Assembly: GCA_002269645.1 (NCBI GenBank)
Contig: NIVC01000058.1
Location: forward strand, 1-44,862
Direction of reading: 5' to 3'
Source of the DNA: Macrostomum lignano
Lineage: Eukaryota
Length of the DNA stretch: 44,862 nucleotides
Shown here: positions 1-11,095 of the stretch, piece by piece
How positions within the stretch are numbered: position 1 is the first letter of the stretch
How the letters are laid out: every line of letters starts with the position of its first letter
Program-made: the position numbers and the translations under genes
The notes under the pieces: model-generated
What the model was told of the DNA's origin: nothing
Database searches by the model: none
What the model saw: only the letters and a program-made list of their open reading frames with translations

Positions 1-61
<61 letters not shown>

Positions 62-118
62 TTGTGTCTATCTATCCGTCTGTCTGTCTGTCTGTCTGTC
101 TTAGTGTCTGTCTTAGTA

Positions 119-149
<31 letters not shown>

Positions 150-262
150 TTGTGTCTGTCTATCCGTCTGTCTGTCTGTCTGTCTATCCGTCTGTCTGTC
201 TGTCTGTCTTAGTGTCTGTCTTAGTGTCTGTCTGTCTGTCTGTCTGTCTTTGTGTCTGTCTA

Positions 263-301
<39 letters not shown>

Positions 302-353
302 TTGTGTCTGTCTATCTGTCTGTCTGTCTGTCTGTCTTTGTGTCTGTCTTAGC

Positions 354-395
<42 letters not shown>
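1..395. repeat. (TCTG)n microsatellite, degenerate
   Basis: Direct reading; it generates the spurious SVCL-repeat ORFs. Confidence 0.97.
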
Positions 396-536
396 GTATT
401 TTTTGTCTGTCACCTAATGCTTTATTATCTTTCATTGTGTCCATCAGCTCACAATGTATTATATTTGAAAAAGCGTCAGATTAAAAAAGCAGACACAATA
501 GGGCACAGTCGCTCAACCGCATATCTCGCCCTCCAG

Positions 537-964
537 TCGCCGAGCCGACCGAGGCCGAGCAGGCTCACTATGCCAGCGCCGTGGCCGTGCTGGCCCGCAC
601 AGACGAGATCATGCGCTCGATGCGCGAGTATCCAGGCGCCGCTAACGAGATTCGGAATGCTCTCACAGATCCCAACAATGAGGAGCTGCAGGAACGGGCC
701 TGGGCCAGCGTGCAGGACCTCGTCCGCCGCCTGCAGGAGGCCTACAGCTTCGGCCAGGAGTTGGAGACCCTCATCAGCAGCCTGCTTGAGTCGCTGTGCT
801 CAGCTGAGAAGACCGCTAAAGAGCATCTTGAGCAGCAGCAGGCTCTGTTCACGCAGTTCGCCCTCATCATTGACTTTGTTATCAAGTTTGACGAGGTCAA
901 AATGAAGACTCCCACCATGACCAACGATCTCAGCTATTATAAGCGGGTGCACCGGCGCCACAAG
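537..964 (+). CDS. CYRI: CYRI/FAM49 (CYFIP-related Rac1 interactor) homolog, internal coding exon; the 5' exon(s) are not identified in this window
   Basis: Acceptor ctccag|TC at 536/537; donor AAG|gtttgt at 964/965. Translation AEPTEAE...AWASVQDLVRRL...QFALIIDFVIKFDEVKMKTPTMTNDLSYYKR matches FAM49 motifs (QFAEILHFTLRFDELKM..PAIQNDFSYYRR). Confidence 0.92.
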
Positions 965-1028
965 GTTTGTCTTTGTCTGCCTGTCCGTCTGGCTATCTGT
1001 TTTTTTAGTTTGTATGTATCTGGATATC

Positions 1029-1038
1029 CATCTATCTG

Positions 1039-1077
<39 letters not shown>

Positions 1078-1092
1078 GACTATGTATCTATG

Positions 1093-1173
<81 letters not shown>

Positions 1174-1216
1174 GTCTATCTATCTATCTATCTATCTATC
1201 TGACTATGTATCTATG

Positions 1217-1277
<61 letters not shown>

Positions 1278-1350
1278 GACTATGTATCTATGTATCTATC
1301 TATCTCTCTATCTATCTATCTATCTATCTGTCTATGTATCTATCTATCTA
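1029..1350. repeat. (TCTA)n microsatellite in CYRI intron
   Basis: Direct reading. Confidence 0.97.
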
Positions 1351-2161
1351 TATAAGTATCAGTGTATTCTATCTCTCATATCTGTTTATCAATCAATGCT
1401 TGCCTACTCTGAGCAAGAACTATCAGTCGCCAGTCGGTATAATGATATTGTATTATGAAGATGTCTGTGCAGTAAATTCCGTTTAGCATAAATTAGTCCG
1501 CAACGCGCCGAGGTCAGCCTTGCTGTTGCCTTCTACCTTAAGCGTTTCTTGCTATCTACCTTGACTTAACAAGCCGTGCAAAGTTGAATAGAAGTTTGTA
1601 AATAAACCAGCACAATAATTTCGTGATGCAATGCGCGCAAATATGCCTCGCAAGTGGTCGCAAGGATTCACCTAATCTTGACTGGATGCGTCAGTGCTAC
1701 CTTGGAGCTGTGAAGAGAGAGAGAGAGAGAAAGAGAGCCAGGAGCGCTTCAAGTAAATAATAGTTCCTGCCGTGATTCTATTTCCGGCTGTGCAATCTTC
1801 AATTTAGCTTCACCGAATGCAACTGTGGTGTACACAGCCGAATGCGTGCATGCGTTCAAAGTATTAATTGTTTGCTCTTCATTTAGCCAAGATGACTATT
1901 TTTTACAGACAAGTTGTTTCTGCAGTTTTAACAGTTGGAATTTTGCTGATACGAAGTATTATTAGCTCTGTGAACACTTTTAGCCAGCTGCAAGCAAGGC
2001 TGTCTTATCGGAGTAACGAATGGCGCATTAGCAAAGCTTCTCTTGATACGTGTTTTAACGGCAAGGCTGGTGAAATCTTTGTCTGTCAAACAGACAGGTG
2101 CAAAAGCAACGAAAATGCTTACTTATAATAATTGATTAAACTTTTCAGTACAACCGATAGG

Positions 2162-3041
2162 CACTGAACAGTTGTTGAATACTCACTGAAATACGCATTG
2201 AACAGTTGCTGAATACTCACTGAAATACGCATTGAACAGTTGCTGAATACTCACTGAAATACGCATTGAACAGTTGCTGAATACTCACTGAAATACGCAA
2301 TAAACAGTTGCGTCGGGAGAGGGAGGGAATACGCACTGAAATACGCAATAAACAGTTGCTGAATATTCACTGAAATACGCAATAAACAGTTGCGTCGGGA
2401 GAGGGAGGGAATACGCATTGAAATACGCAATAAACAGTTGCTGAATATTCACTGAAATACGCATTGAACAGTTGCTGAATACTCACTGAAATACGCATTG
2501 AACAGTTGCTGAATACTCACTGAAATACGCATTGAACAGTTGCTGAATACTCACTGAAATACGCATTGAACAGTTGCTGAATACTCACTGAAATACGCAT
2601 TGAACAGTTGCTGAATACTCACTGAAATACGCATTGAACAGTTTCTGAATACTCACTGAAATACGCATTGAACAGTTGCTGAATACTCACTGAAATACGC
2701 AATAAACAGTTGCTGAATACTCACTAAAATACGCATTGAACAGTTGCTGAATACTCACTGAAATACGCATTGAACAGTTGCTGAATACTCACTGAAATAC
2801 GCATTGAACAGTTGCTGAATACTCACTGAAATACGCATTGAACAGTTGCTGAATACTCACTGAAATACACAATAAACAGTTGCTGAATACTCACTGAAAT
2901 ACGCAATAAACAGTTGCTAAATATTCACTGAAATACGCAATAAACAGTTGCTAAATATTCACTGAAATACGCAATAAACAGTTGCTGAATACTCACTGAA
3001 ATACGCAATAAACAGTTGCTGAAAATCTACTGAAATACGCA
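2162..3041. repeat. 34-bp minisatellite (TGAACAGTTGCTGAATACTCACTGAAATACGCAT), about 25 copies
   Basis: aacag recurs at 2201, 2235 and onward. Two variant units carry cgtcgggagagggagggaat. Confidence 0.95.
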
Positions 3042-3118
3042 ATGTGCAGTCGCGAAAATGCAAACTGAAAAGCAGTCGAAACTCTTTGTAAACCATTTTA
3101 CCAAAAACACGTCCGCAG

Positions 3119-3340
3119 ACCGAAGGCGCCCTATCTGACGAAGAAGTGAGCAAGATGAGCATTTTCTATGCACAGCACACGCCAATGATGCGCCTGCTCA
3201 CTGAATGCACCGGCGCTTTTATGTCCGCGCACAAAAATCTGCCAGTGAACACCACTTCGGAGTGCTTAGCCGCCATCGCTGACATTTGCCGCGGCTTGGT
3301 GGCTAATCCAGATCTGCGGCAGAGGCTTAAGAAGCCGGAG
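3119..3340 (+). CDS. CYRI: CYRI/FAM49 homolog, internal coding exon (phase 0/0)
   Basis: Boundaries ccgcag|ACC and GAG|gtgcgt; 222 bp. MSIFYAQHTPMMRLL...KNLPVNTTSECL matches FAM49 MSLFYAEATPMLKTL...KNLPIENTTDCL. Confidence 0.92.
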
Positions 3341-3415
3341 GTGCGTATCTGCTGTTTGGTGGGGGTTGGGAACTGACGTTTCTTAGTTCAGTTAAGATAT
3401 GGATATATTTTTGGT

Positions 3416-3607
3416 CCTCAGTTTACAGTTGGGATCTGGAAATCCCCTCAGTTTACAGTTGGGATCTGGAAATCTCCCATTGTTCCTCGGTTTACAGTTG
3501 GCATCTGGAAATCCCTCATTGTTCCTCAGTTTACAGTTGGGATCTGGAAATCCCCATTGTTCCTTAGTTTAGAGTTGGGATCTGGAAATCCTCACTGTTC
3601 CTCAGTT
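3416..3607. repeat. 30/39-bp tandem repeat (CAGTTTACAGTTGGGATCTGGAAATCCCCATTGTTCCT), about 5 copies
   Basis: Direct reading; fills most of the last CYRI intron. Confidence 0.85.
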
Positions 3608-3644
3608 GAAACGTACTTTTAAATCCCACAATCCCCATTACCAG

Positions 3645-3908
3645 GAAACGGTGCCACTCTGCCTTCGCGTCATGGTGGGCGTGTGCGTCCTCTACGACTA
3701 TGTGCACCCATTGGGAGTGTTCGCTCGCGGCTCCCTGGTGGACATCCGGGCTTGCATCCGGGTGCTGCGCCCCGACCAGCATCACCAGGCGCAGCAGCCG
3801 GGCGAAAAGCAGCTGTGCGAGGCGCTGCTCAACGTGCTCAAGTACAGCACCAGGACGCTGAATAATCCGAGCACGCCGAAGTCTCTGCAGGCGCTCCTCT
3901 CCGACTAG
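3645..3908 (+). CDS. CYRI: CYRI/FAM49 homolog, terminal coding exon
   Basis: Acceptor taccag|GAA. [26 protein letters not shown]...[13 protein letters not shown] matches FAM49 [26 protein letters not shown]...LLNALRYTTKHLN. Stop TAG at 3906-3908; AATAAA at about 4047. Confidence 0.93.
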   Translation, partial: [87 protein letters not shown]

Positions 3909-5432
3909 AGCTGGCAACAGTGTTCAGTGTTCCACTGGTCACAAGATTTGTGCTGCTGCCGGTTTTTAAAGATTTTATTCCAAGGCGAGATTGCGCGTCT
4001 CCGTTTTCGTTGAATTTCTCTGGCAAAACAAACCAACTTAAAACGTAATAAATATTCTAACATTATGAGAGAGGATTTCAAAGACCAAACAATGTGTAAA
4101 GTAATTCCAGCGGTAGATTAACAGTAGTGTAACTTCAGATTCACGTGTCAGACAGTCGCTCGCTGTTCGGGGTTAATCTATATAAAATACATTAAAATGC
4201 TTACTATTTTAACTTACTACTGAACTATAAGTAGCTTATACGCAAATCTGACGAGTGACCCAACTAGGTAGTATTGTATCTATAATTAAAAAAATGAGAG
4301 ATTAATGGGGCTTCAGGTTTATTTTGTTGGTATTACAGGTATAAATCATCAAGTTACCAGCCACTCACCCCCTCCCCCTTACTCAAAATCTACTCAATCA
4401 TGCCAGTGCTTCCAGATCATTCGCACAGAAATCTGCTGTCACACACAATTTTCCACACTCCTCACAGCCATGCTGCGCCCTTTTTGTTTCATCCAGTCGG
4501 TGCTGCCAAGTGTTTTTTTAATTATTAGATCATTGTTTAATTTGCCTGTTTTATCAGTCTAGCAGCGGAGGCTAAATCGTGTGTTTGTAATTACTCAAGC
4601 TAATTCGTATTCGCTTTTTTAATTAATTAAGTTTTTTACTCAATTTCAAAAAAAATTATCTTGTTTTTCTATTCTTGGGTAAATAAGTACGCATAACTCA
4701 AAACTGTTTCATACCCTCTTGGCCTTGTTATTGCTAAGTTTTGCCAACAAAAAACCAAATTATTATGAATATATGTACATGTTAAGAAGAGCAGAGTTTA
4801 CTGGCGGCATAGAGAAATAAACTTTCTTACCCGACCGCAACACTCGGCCAGACTTTACTTAAGAAGATAAGTACTCCTGAGTACATACTCTAATTTTTGG
4901 TGCATGATTTTATGAACTCAAGGAATTCCAATGAGAAGGCTAAAATGTGTTTAATCAGATTGTCTAGGTAGTTACTCAGAGTTGATTTTATTAAGGAGCA
5001 ATCGATAACCAGGCTCTATACTGTAGTTGTAATTATGATGTAGTGCATGCAATACGTGTGTAACACTATAATTAAAGTAATAACAGTTACTACCGTAATA
5101 GTAAGCAAGGTACATAACAAACAACGTATGCTGCTTCCAGTTAACCAATCAGTTCCAGCCTACAGCTGTCAAAATGTGTGTATATAGTGCTTGCATAAGA
5201 ACTTCATATATGCAGAGTCCTCTCATTAAACCGATGGATGATCAGCTCCCGAGCACGCGCGAATACCGGCTGAAACTGTTGGGTAAGTCTGCTTCACAAC
5301 CACCTGAAATCAGTTTTGTTTGGGGTTAAGCAGTCATCGCCTTGGGAATAATAAGTAGCCCAAATGTTTAATCTTTTACTTAATGACACGAAGAAGGAAA
5401 AAAATATTAATGTTAATTCCCCAACAACTCAC

Positions 5433-5903
5433 GTCGCAGCCTCGATCAGACATTTCTAATCCGACGGAGGACAGAAACGGTGCTTTCAACGTTTGTCTGA
5501 CAACGTCCAACTCGGCGTCCTTAACAACCTGCTGTCCTCCGTGACCGCGCCTCAGGCTTGGCAGCCAAGCAACGTTTACCTGGTTGCCGTCGGTGACGCC
5601 GACTTGGCACACCGGGTGACTTCGTCGGGGGCGCCGCTCGCGACGAGTTGAACTCCAAGACTGCGGGCATTCCGGCATCGGCTGCGAGATCCGCGTCCTG
5701 AGATTTAGCGAGAAATTGAGAAATATTTTTGAGTCTCTTGCTGAGCTTTTCCAGGATACAGAAACACTGAAAAGCTTTCTGGTGGTGGGTGGGTTGGAGC
5801 TTAGGGAACTACATGTACAAGTTGAACTTATCCGCGACTTCCCGGACCTTTTAGTCGAAGAAAAGTTTTCCCCATTTTTGAGGAAACTTTTCCATGAAGC
5901 CAA
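5433..5903 (-). CDS. Candidate downstream exon of the minus-strand repeat-protein gene
   Basis: 471 bp open frame bounded on the minus strand by ttttcag|TTG and GAC|gtgagt (phase 0/0). No recognisable homology. Confidence 0.3.
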
Positions 5904-6148
5904 CTGAAAAACTCTCCCTAGCTGGTTTATTACACAAAAAGTGTTGATTTGGAAACCGCCTTTTCAGATGTTTCTGGATTCGTAGACCTGACCTTTGGTG
6001 GATGCACCTACATGTAAGGGAAAGGCGGACCAAGACCCTTGCATTGGGCAAGAGCTAGGTCTTACGAACTACGAGTACATGTGTGCGATTCTTGTACCGG
6101 TATTTGCTATTGAGTTTAAAAAAGCGTTTAGCCAACTGCGCAGGCAAC

Positions 6149-9100
6149 TCACACTGATACCGTGCGTCCGTTGAACTCGTGCCACTCTTCTTGCTCCTCG
6201 GCGGTTGATGCTGATGAGCACACGCTCGACCGAGCTGCTGCTCCATCCGCAGGCGGAGCCTCACTGATATCGTTGGCTTCCACCAGTTCTCCGTTGCGGT
6301 AAACCCGACAGCTGAACTTCGATATCTTGGGCGAGTTCGTTGCAGCTGTATCTGCGCCAGCTTCGTCGGTGTCTGAACGCGAACGGACGCTGGACGCGCA
6401 GCTGTTTCCCCGTTCGACGTGGCAGGCAAAATTCGCCATCACGGGTGGCGTAGCGGCCCCGCCGCGCTGCTCCGAAGGATGCTTAGCATGCTTCCTGTTA
6501 ATTGGGGGCTGATTCGAGTCCCGAAGTAGATCTGGTCGAAGCTCGTTTGCGGAAGATTCCGACACCTCGCTAGACGGAGATGAGTTTTCAGGACGATCCG
6601 AGTTCAGCGAGTTGTCGATTCGCTGCAGTTGCTTTGCTTTCAACGCCTGTTCGCGATGTTCTGCTGAATGAGGAGACATTGCAGTGTACTCGTGTTTGAC
6701 GGGTTCAGTAGTGAGCTCTTCCTCATGGGACTGAGCCTGTCCACCAGTTTCTGGCGAGCTTTCACTTTGCTTGTGAAACATCGCTCCCAATGCGTCGGTT
6801 CGATTCTCGTGAGCTGGTTCAAGCTCCAATGAAAGCGCACTGAGCTCATCTTGGGTATCTGCACTCCCAGAAGGCGGATTAAGTCCTTGCTCTACGCCAC
6901 CGACATGATGTGCGACAGGTGCCAAGTCCTCATCTCGCGTCTCAGATGGAGGTCTCAGGTCCGATGACATGCCGCTCGTCTGGTGTTTGACAGGTGCCAA
7001 GTACTCATCTCGTGTCTCAGATGGAGGTATCAGGTCCGATGACATGATGTTCGTCTGGTGTGTGACAGGTGCCAAGTACTCATCTCGCGTCTCAGATGGA
7101 GGTCTCAGGTCCGATGACATGCCGCTTGTCTGGTGTATGACAGGTTCCAAGTCCTCATCTTTTGTCTCAGATGGAGGTCTCAGGTCCGATGACAAGCCGC
7201 TTGTCTGGTGTATGACAGGTGCCAAGTCCTCATCTCGCGTCTCAGATGGAGGTCTCAGGTCCGATGACATGTCACTCGTCTGGTGTGTGGCAGGTGCCAA
7301 GTCCTCATCTTTTGTCTCAGATGGAGGTATCAGGTCCGATGACATGCCGCTCGTCTGGTGTGTGACAGGTTCCAAGTCCTCATCTTTTGTCTCAGATGGA
7401 GGTCTCAGGTCCGATGACATGTCACTCGTCTGGTGTGTGACAGGTGCCAAGTCCTCATCTTTTGTCTCAGATGGAGGTATCAGGTCCGATGACATGCCGC
7501 TCGTCTGGTGTGTGACAGGTTCCAAGTCCTCATCTTTTGTCTCAGATGGAGGTCTCAGGTCCGATGACAAGCCGCTTGTCTGGTGTATGACAGGTGCCAA
7601 GTCCTCATCTCGCGTCTCAGATGGAGGTATCAGGTCCGATGACATGCCGCTCGTCTGGTGTGTGACAGGTTCCAAGTCCTCATCTTTTGTCTCAGATGGA
7701 GGTCTCAGGTCCGATGACATGTCACTCGTCTGGTGTGTGACAGGTGCCAAGTCCTCATCTTTTGTCTCAGATGGAGGTATCAGGTCCGATGACATGACAC
7801 TTGTCTGGTGTTTGACAGGTGCCAAGTACTCATCTCGTGTCTCAGATGGAGGTCTCAGGTCCGATGACATGCCGCTCGTCTGGTGTGTGACAGGTGCCAA
7901 GTACTCATCTCGTGTCTCAGATGGAGGTCTCAGGTCCGATGACATGCCGCTCGTCTGGTGTGTGACAGGTGCCAAGTACTCATCTCGTGTCTCAGATGGA
8001 GGTCTCAGGTCCGATGACATGCCGCTCGTCTGGTGTTTGACAGGTGCCAAGTACTCATCTCGTGTCTCAGATGGAGGTCTCAGGTCCGATGACATGACAC
8101 TCGTCTGGTGTGTGACGGGTGCAAAGTCCTCATCTCGCGTCTCATAAGAAGGTCTCAGGTCCGATGACATGCCGCTTGTCTGGTGTGTGACAGGTGCCAA
8201 GTCCTCATCTTGTATCTCAGGAGAAGGTCTCAGGTCCGATGACATGCCGCTCGTCTGGTGTGTGACAGGTTCCAAGTCCTCATCTTGTATCTCAGGTGGA
8301 GGTCTCAGGTCAGATGACATGACACTCGTCTGGTGTGTGACATGTGCCAAGTCCTCATCTCGAATCTCAGGTGGTGGACCCAGCTCTGATGATATGCCAC
8401 TCGTCTGCTGTGCTACAGGTTCTAGCATATCTTCGGTTACTTCATTTGGTTCCTCATTCTTGTCTTTTTCTATAATTTGCTGATAGCCCATAGCAGCTAG
8501 CGATTCGGTATGGGTCCGTTCAGCGGTTGGTGGGTCCAGTTCCACTGACAACGCGATGTCCTGGTGCTCAGCTTCTTCCAGCTCATTCTTACTGGTCTTA
8601 AATGGTGGTTCAAGCCTCCACTGCGGTTTCTTGGCCGGAATCAACTTCTCGGTTTCTGCTTTAGCATGAGGTTCAAACTCCGATGATAGATGCTCTCTAG
8701 GTGTCACTTCGTCATCGCGGATGTCAGGTGGTGGTTCAAGCTCCAGTGACAGCGCACTGCTCTGATGTGCCACAGGTGTCGGTTTATCTTCGTTGTCTTT
8801 TATTTTGCTCTGCTGATCTGCCCTGCTAAGCACTTCCAACGGCTCTTCATTGAATCCCGCAGCTGGGGCGTTCAGTTCCACTGACAGTAAGCTGTCTTGT
8901 ACATGTAGCTCAGCCTCACTTTTCTCAGCAGGTGGCTCAAGCTCAGATATCGGCGCCCCTTGCCTATCAGGTGCCGAATCTTTATCAGGGATTTCAGCAG
9001 GCCCTTCAAGATTCAATGACATGCCACTTGGCTGATATGCGGCAGGTGCAAACTGGTCTTCATTGGCTTCAGCTGGTTCCTCATCCATGTAGCTAAGCGC

Positions 9101-10558
9101 TGCCAAGGACTCTTTATGGTCCTCTTCAGGTGGGGCGTTCAGTTCCACTGACAGCACGCTGTCCTGGTGCTCGGTTGTGTCCGCATCCTTTTCGTGCGGC
9201 TCAATTTGAGAGTGAAGTTCACCTGGCACTTCTCTGTGCTGAAGCTTGACAGCTTTCAACTCCTGCTGACGATACTCGCTAACCAGGGCAGGGCTTTCCT
9301 GCCCTGGCACTGCCTCCGCTGGCAGCTGATTGCTTTGTACCTCGTCGATCTCACCTGTCTGTTGTTCTTGTCTTCTGACAGCTTCCAAGAGAGCTTCATC
9401 AACTAGAGTATCTGCTAGTAGACAAATAGCCCGCAAGTCTTCTTTGGGTATAATCCGTTGAGTGCTTGAGGCCTCCTGGTGCTCTGACGGTGGCGTTGCC
9501 TGCGCCAAGAGGCACTCATCTTCAGAATCGGGGCGCTTGTGGTCGCGTCGTTTTGCCAGCACATCGTCGAGAATCTCAGACGAAGCTCCGTTGCCATCGC
9601 TATTGAAGTCTGGCAGCTCGATTGACAAGCTCGCGAACTGAGCGCCTTCTCGATTGCCATCGGTCTCTGGGCGCTCAGCAGCCAAGCTGTCGCTGTAGTA
9701 CCTGGGATGCACCGCAGTGGACAAATAGGACTCTACGGCCATCAGCTGGTGCTCTTGATCGCCTAGAGTCCATCGTTCTTCTTCGACATCACTGCTTGTA
9801 GTTTCCTTTGTTGAACCGGACAGATCGACGGACTCTGGCGTGGCGGCTCGCTCGGCGCGGCACACGAACGGTGAGATCGTCGGAGCGGTGCGGCGGCTTC
9901 TGCGCAGCGGCGGCAGCAACTGCGGAGCCGGCTGTCGACTGTCTGGAGACTGCTGAAGCTTGCTGACGTTGTCCTTTTTGGAATCTTGAAGCTCAGGTTC
10001 TCGAGGCGATGCAAGCTGTTCGATGGACAGCGAGCTGTCATTGGCTTTGGGGGTTTCATTGAGCTCAGCCAGTTTGACTGGCTGCAGCAGCTGCTGATGC
10101 TGCTGGCTAGGGTCGCCAGGCTCGTCAGTCAGGGGCGGTGGTGACAGCAGGTCGCTGCTCAGTGACGCATCGCACCGCTCCGCATGGCTCAGAATCAGCG
10201 ACTCGTCCAAAGACTGCACTTGGGGATGAAATTCATCGCCTGATTGACCAGCGAGCGTTGAGTAATTCTCAGCAGGTGGCTTCACGCCCGAAGGTTCCGC
10301 CCGAGTCAGGGTCACTTTGCACAGCTGATCCGCACCGCTGTTCCAGTCTCCCGTCGGCGGGGCGGCCATCGGCATCAGAGTGTCTGCCGCCACGGCTGGC
10401 TGCGAGTCGCCGACGTCGTCACCATCGACACCTTCGATGTTGACTTTCACTTTCAACAGCAGCAGCTGGTTGGCAGCGGCCAGGAAGTCTTTGTCGTTGA
10501 GCCCCACTGACATCTGGAGCGTCAGCAGCGACTCGGCTGAGCAATCTGCGGCCTGAGT
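6149..10558 (-). CDS. Giant (~4.4 kb) coding exon of an uncharacterised acidic, Ser/Pro/Glu-rich protein with a 25-aa tandem repeat
   Basis: The 1454-aa ORF extends 15 codons upstream of the Met at 10513 to an acceptor ccctctccag|ACT (10559/10558). All repeat units are 75 bp with no frame-breaking indels. Confidence 0.8.
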   Translation of the reverse strand, partial: TQAADCSAESLLTLQMSVGLNDKDFLAAANQLLLLKVKVNIEGVDGDDVGDSQPAVAADTLMPMAAPPTGDWNSGADQLCKVTLTRAEPSGVKPPAENYSTLAGQSGDEFHPQVQSLDESLILSHAERCDASLSSDLLSPPPLTDEPGDPSQQHQQLLQPVKLAELNETPKANDSSLSIEQLASPREPELQDSKKDNVSKLQQSPDSRQPAPQLLPPLRRSRRTAPTISPFVCRAERAATPESVDLSGSTKETTSSDVEEERWTLGDQEHQLMAVESYLSTAVHPRYYSDSLAAERPETDGNREGAQFASLSIELPDFNSDGNGASSEILDDVLAKRRDHKRPDSEDECLLAQATPPSEHQEASSTQRIIPKEDLRAICLLADTLVDEALLEAVRRQEQQTGEIDEVQSNQLPAEAVPGQESPALVSEYRQQELKAVKLQHREVPGELHSQIEPHEKDADTTEHQDSVLSVELNAPPEEDHKESLAALSYMDEEPAEANEDQFAPAAYQPSGMSLNLEGPAEIPDKDSAPDRQGAPISELEPPAEKSEAELHVQDSLLSVELNAPAAGFNEEPLEVLSRADQQSKIKDNEDKPTPVAHQSSALSLELEPPPDIRDDEVTPREHLSSEFEPHAKAETEKLIPAKKPQWRLEPPFKTSKNELEEAEHQDIALSVELDPPTAERTHTESLAAMGYQQIIEKDKNEEPNEVTEDMLEPVAQQTSGISSELGPPPEIRDEDLAHVTHQTSVMSSDLRPPPEIQDEDLEPVTHQTSGMSSDLRPSPEIQDEDLAPVTHQTSGMSSDLRPSYETRDEDFAPVTHQTSVMSSDLRPPSETRDEYLAPVKHQTSGMSSDLRPPSETRDEYLAPVTHQTSGMSSDLRPPSETRDEYLAPVTHQTSGMSSDLRPPSETRDEYLAPVKHQTSVMSSDLIPPSETKDEDLAPVTHQTSDMSSDLRPPSETKDEDLEPVTHQTSGMSSDLIPPSETRDEDLAPVIHQTSGLSSDLRPPSETKDEDLEPVTHQTSGMSSDLIPPSETKDEDLAPVTHQTSDMSSDLRPPSETKDEDLEPVTHQTSGMSSDLIPPSETKDEDLAPATHQTSDMSSDLRPPSETRDEDLAPVIHQTSGLSSDLRPPSETKDEDLEPVIHQTSGMSSDLRPPSETRDEYLAPVTHQTNIMSSDLIPPSETRDEYLAPVKHQTSGMSSDLRPPSETRDEDLAPVAHHVGGVEQGLNPPSGSADTQDELSALSLELEPAHENRTDALGAMFHKQSESSPETGGQAQSHEEELTTEPVKHEYTAMSPHSAEHREQALKAKQLQRIDNSLNSDRPENSSPSSEVSESSANELRPDLLRDSNQPPINRKHAKHPSEQRGGAATPPVMANFACHVERGNSCASSVRSRSDTDEAGADTAATNSPKISKFSCRVYRNGELVEANDISEAPPADGAAARSSVCSSASTAEEQEEWHEFNGRTVSV
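6905..8420 (-). repeat. Coding 75-bp tandem repeat, about 20 units (DLAPVTHQTSGMSSDLRPPSETRDE)
   Basis: ccgatgaca recurs every 75 bp from 6961 to 8236; degenerate units lie at 8311 and 8386. Confidence 0.96.
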
Positions 10559-11095
10559 CTGGAGAGGGTGCTCAACTCGAGGCAGGGACAGTCGGCACCG
10601 CCAGAGGCTCTCTTCGCCCCAGGCATCCGGCTGGCTGCTGAATGGCTCGCCTGGAAATTGCAGTTTCAGTTTTTACCGATATCTGACTGCTTTGAACACG
10701 TTCGCTTGATGTTTCTAGCACATTCGAAGCTTTTGCACGATTCAAGCTCACAAGGGCCAATACCCAGGGCGCAGAGAGTGTACACTGTCTGACGACGAGA
10801 AAATCTGGGCTGCTGTACACCCTGTGTGAGTGTGTGCGTGCTCAGAGGTCAGCGTAATGGCACGCGCCCTCGGATACCTCAGCGGCCCTCACAAGCATGA
10901 TTTACGGCACAAGACCAGGGTCAAATCACTGTGGCCGCACAGAATCAAAACCTTGGTACTTAACCGATAAATCAATATTCGCAGGAGAGCTCCTCTGGCG
11001 CAACGTCTTTGTTGACGTCGTCTGACAACTCACCAACCGTCGTCTCATCGTCTCACCAATCGTCGTCTGACGGCAATTCTGCCCATTTCTCTGTA

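Noticed and set aside
62-417. ORFs rich in SVCL repeats (also IYLS ORFs at 33745-34219 and the tail of 581-1279)
   Set aside because: Stop-free frames of TCTG/TCTA microsatellites.
6905-8420. CRISPR-like regular periodicity (also 42190-42810 and 43212-43630)
   Set aside because: Contiguous tandem units without unique spacers, no cas genes, eukaryotic context.
6969-8483. Plus-strand 392-aa and 104-aa ORFs
   Set aside because: Antisense shadows of the coding 75-bp repeat; they end where the repeat ends.
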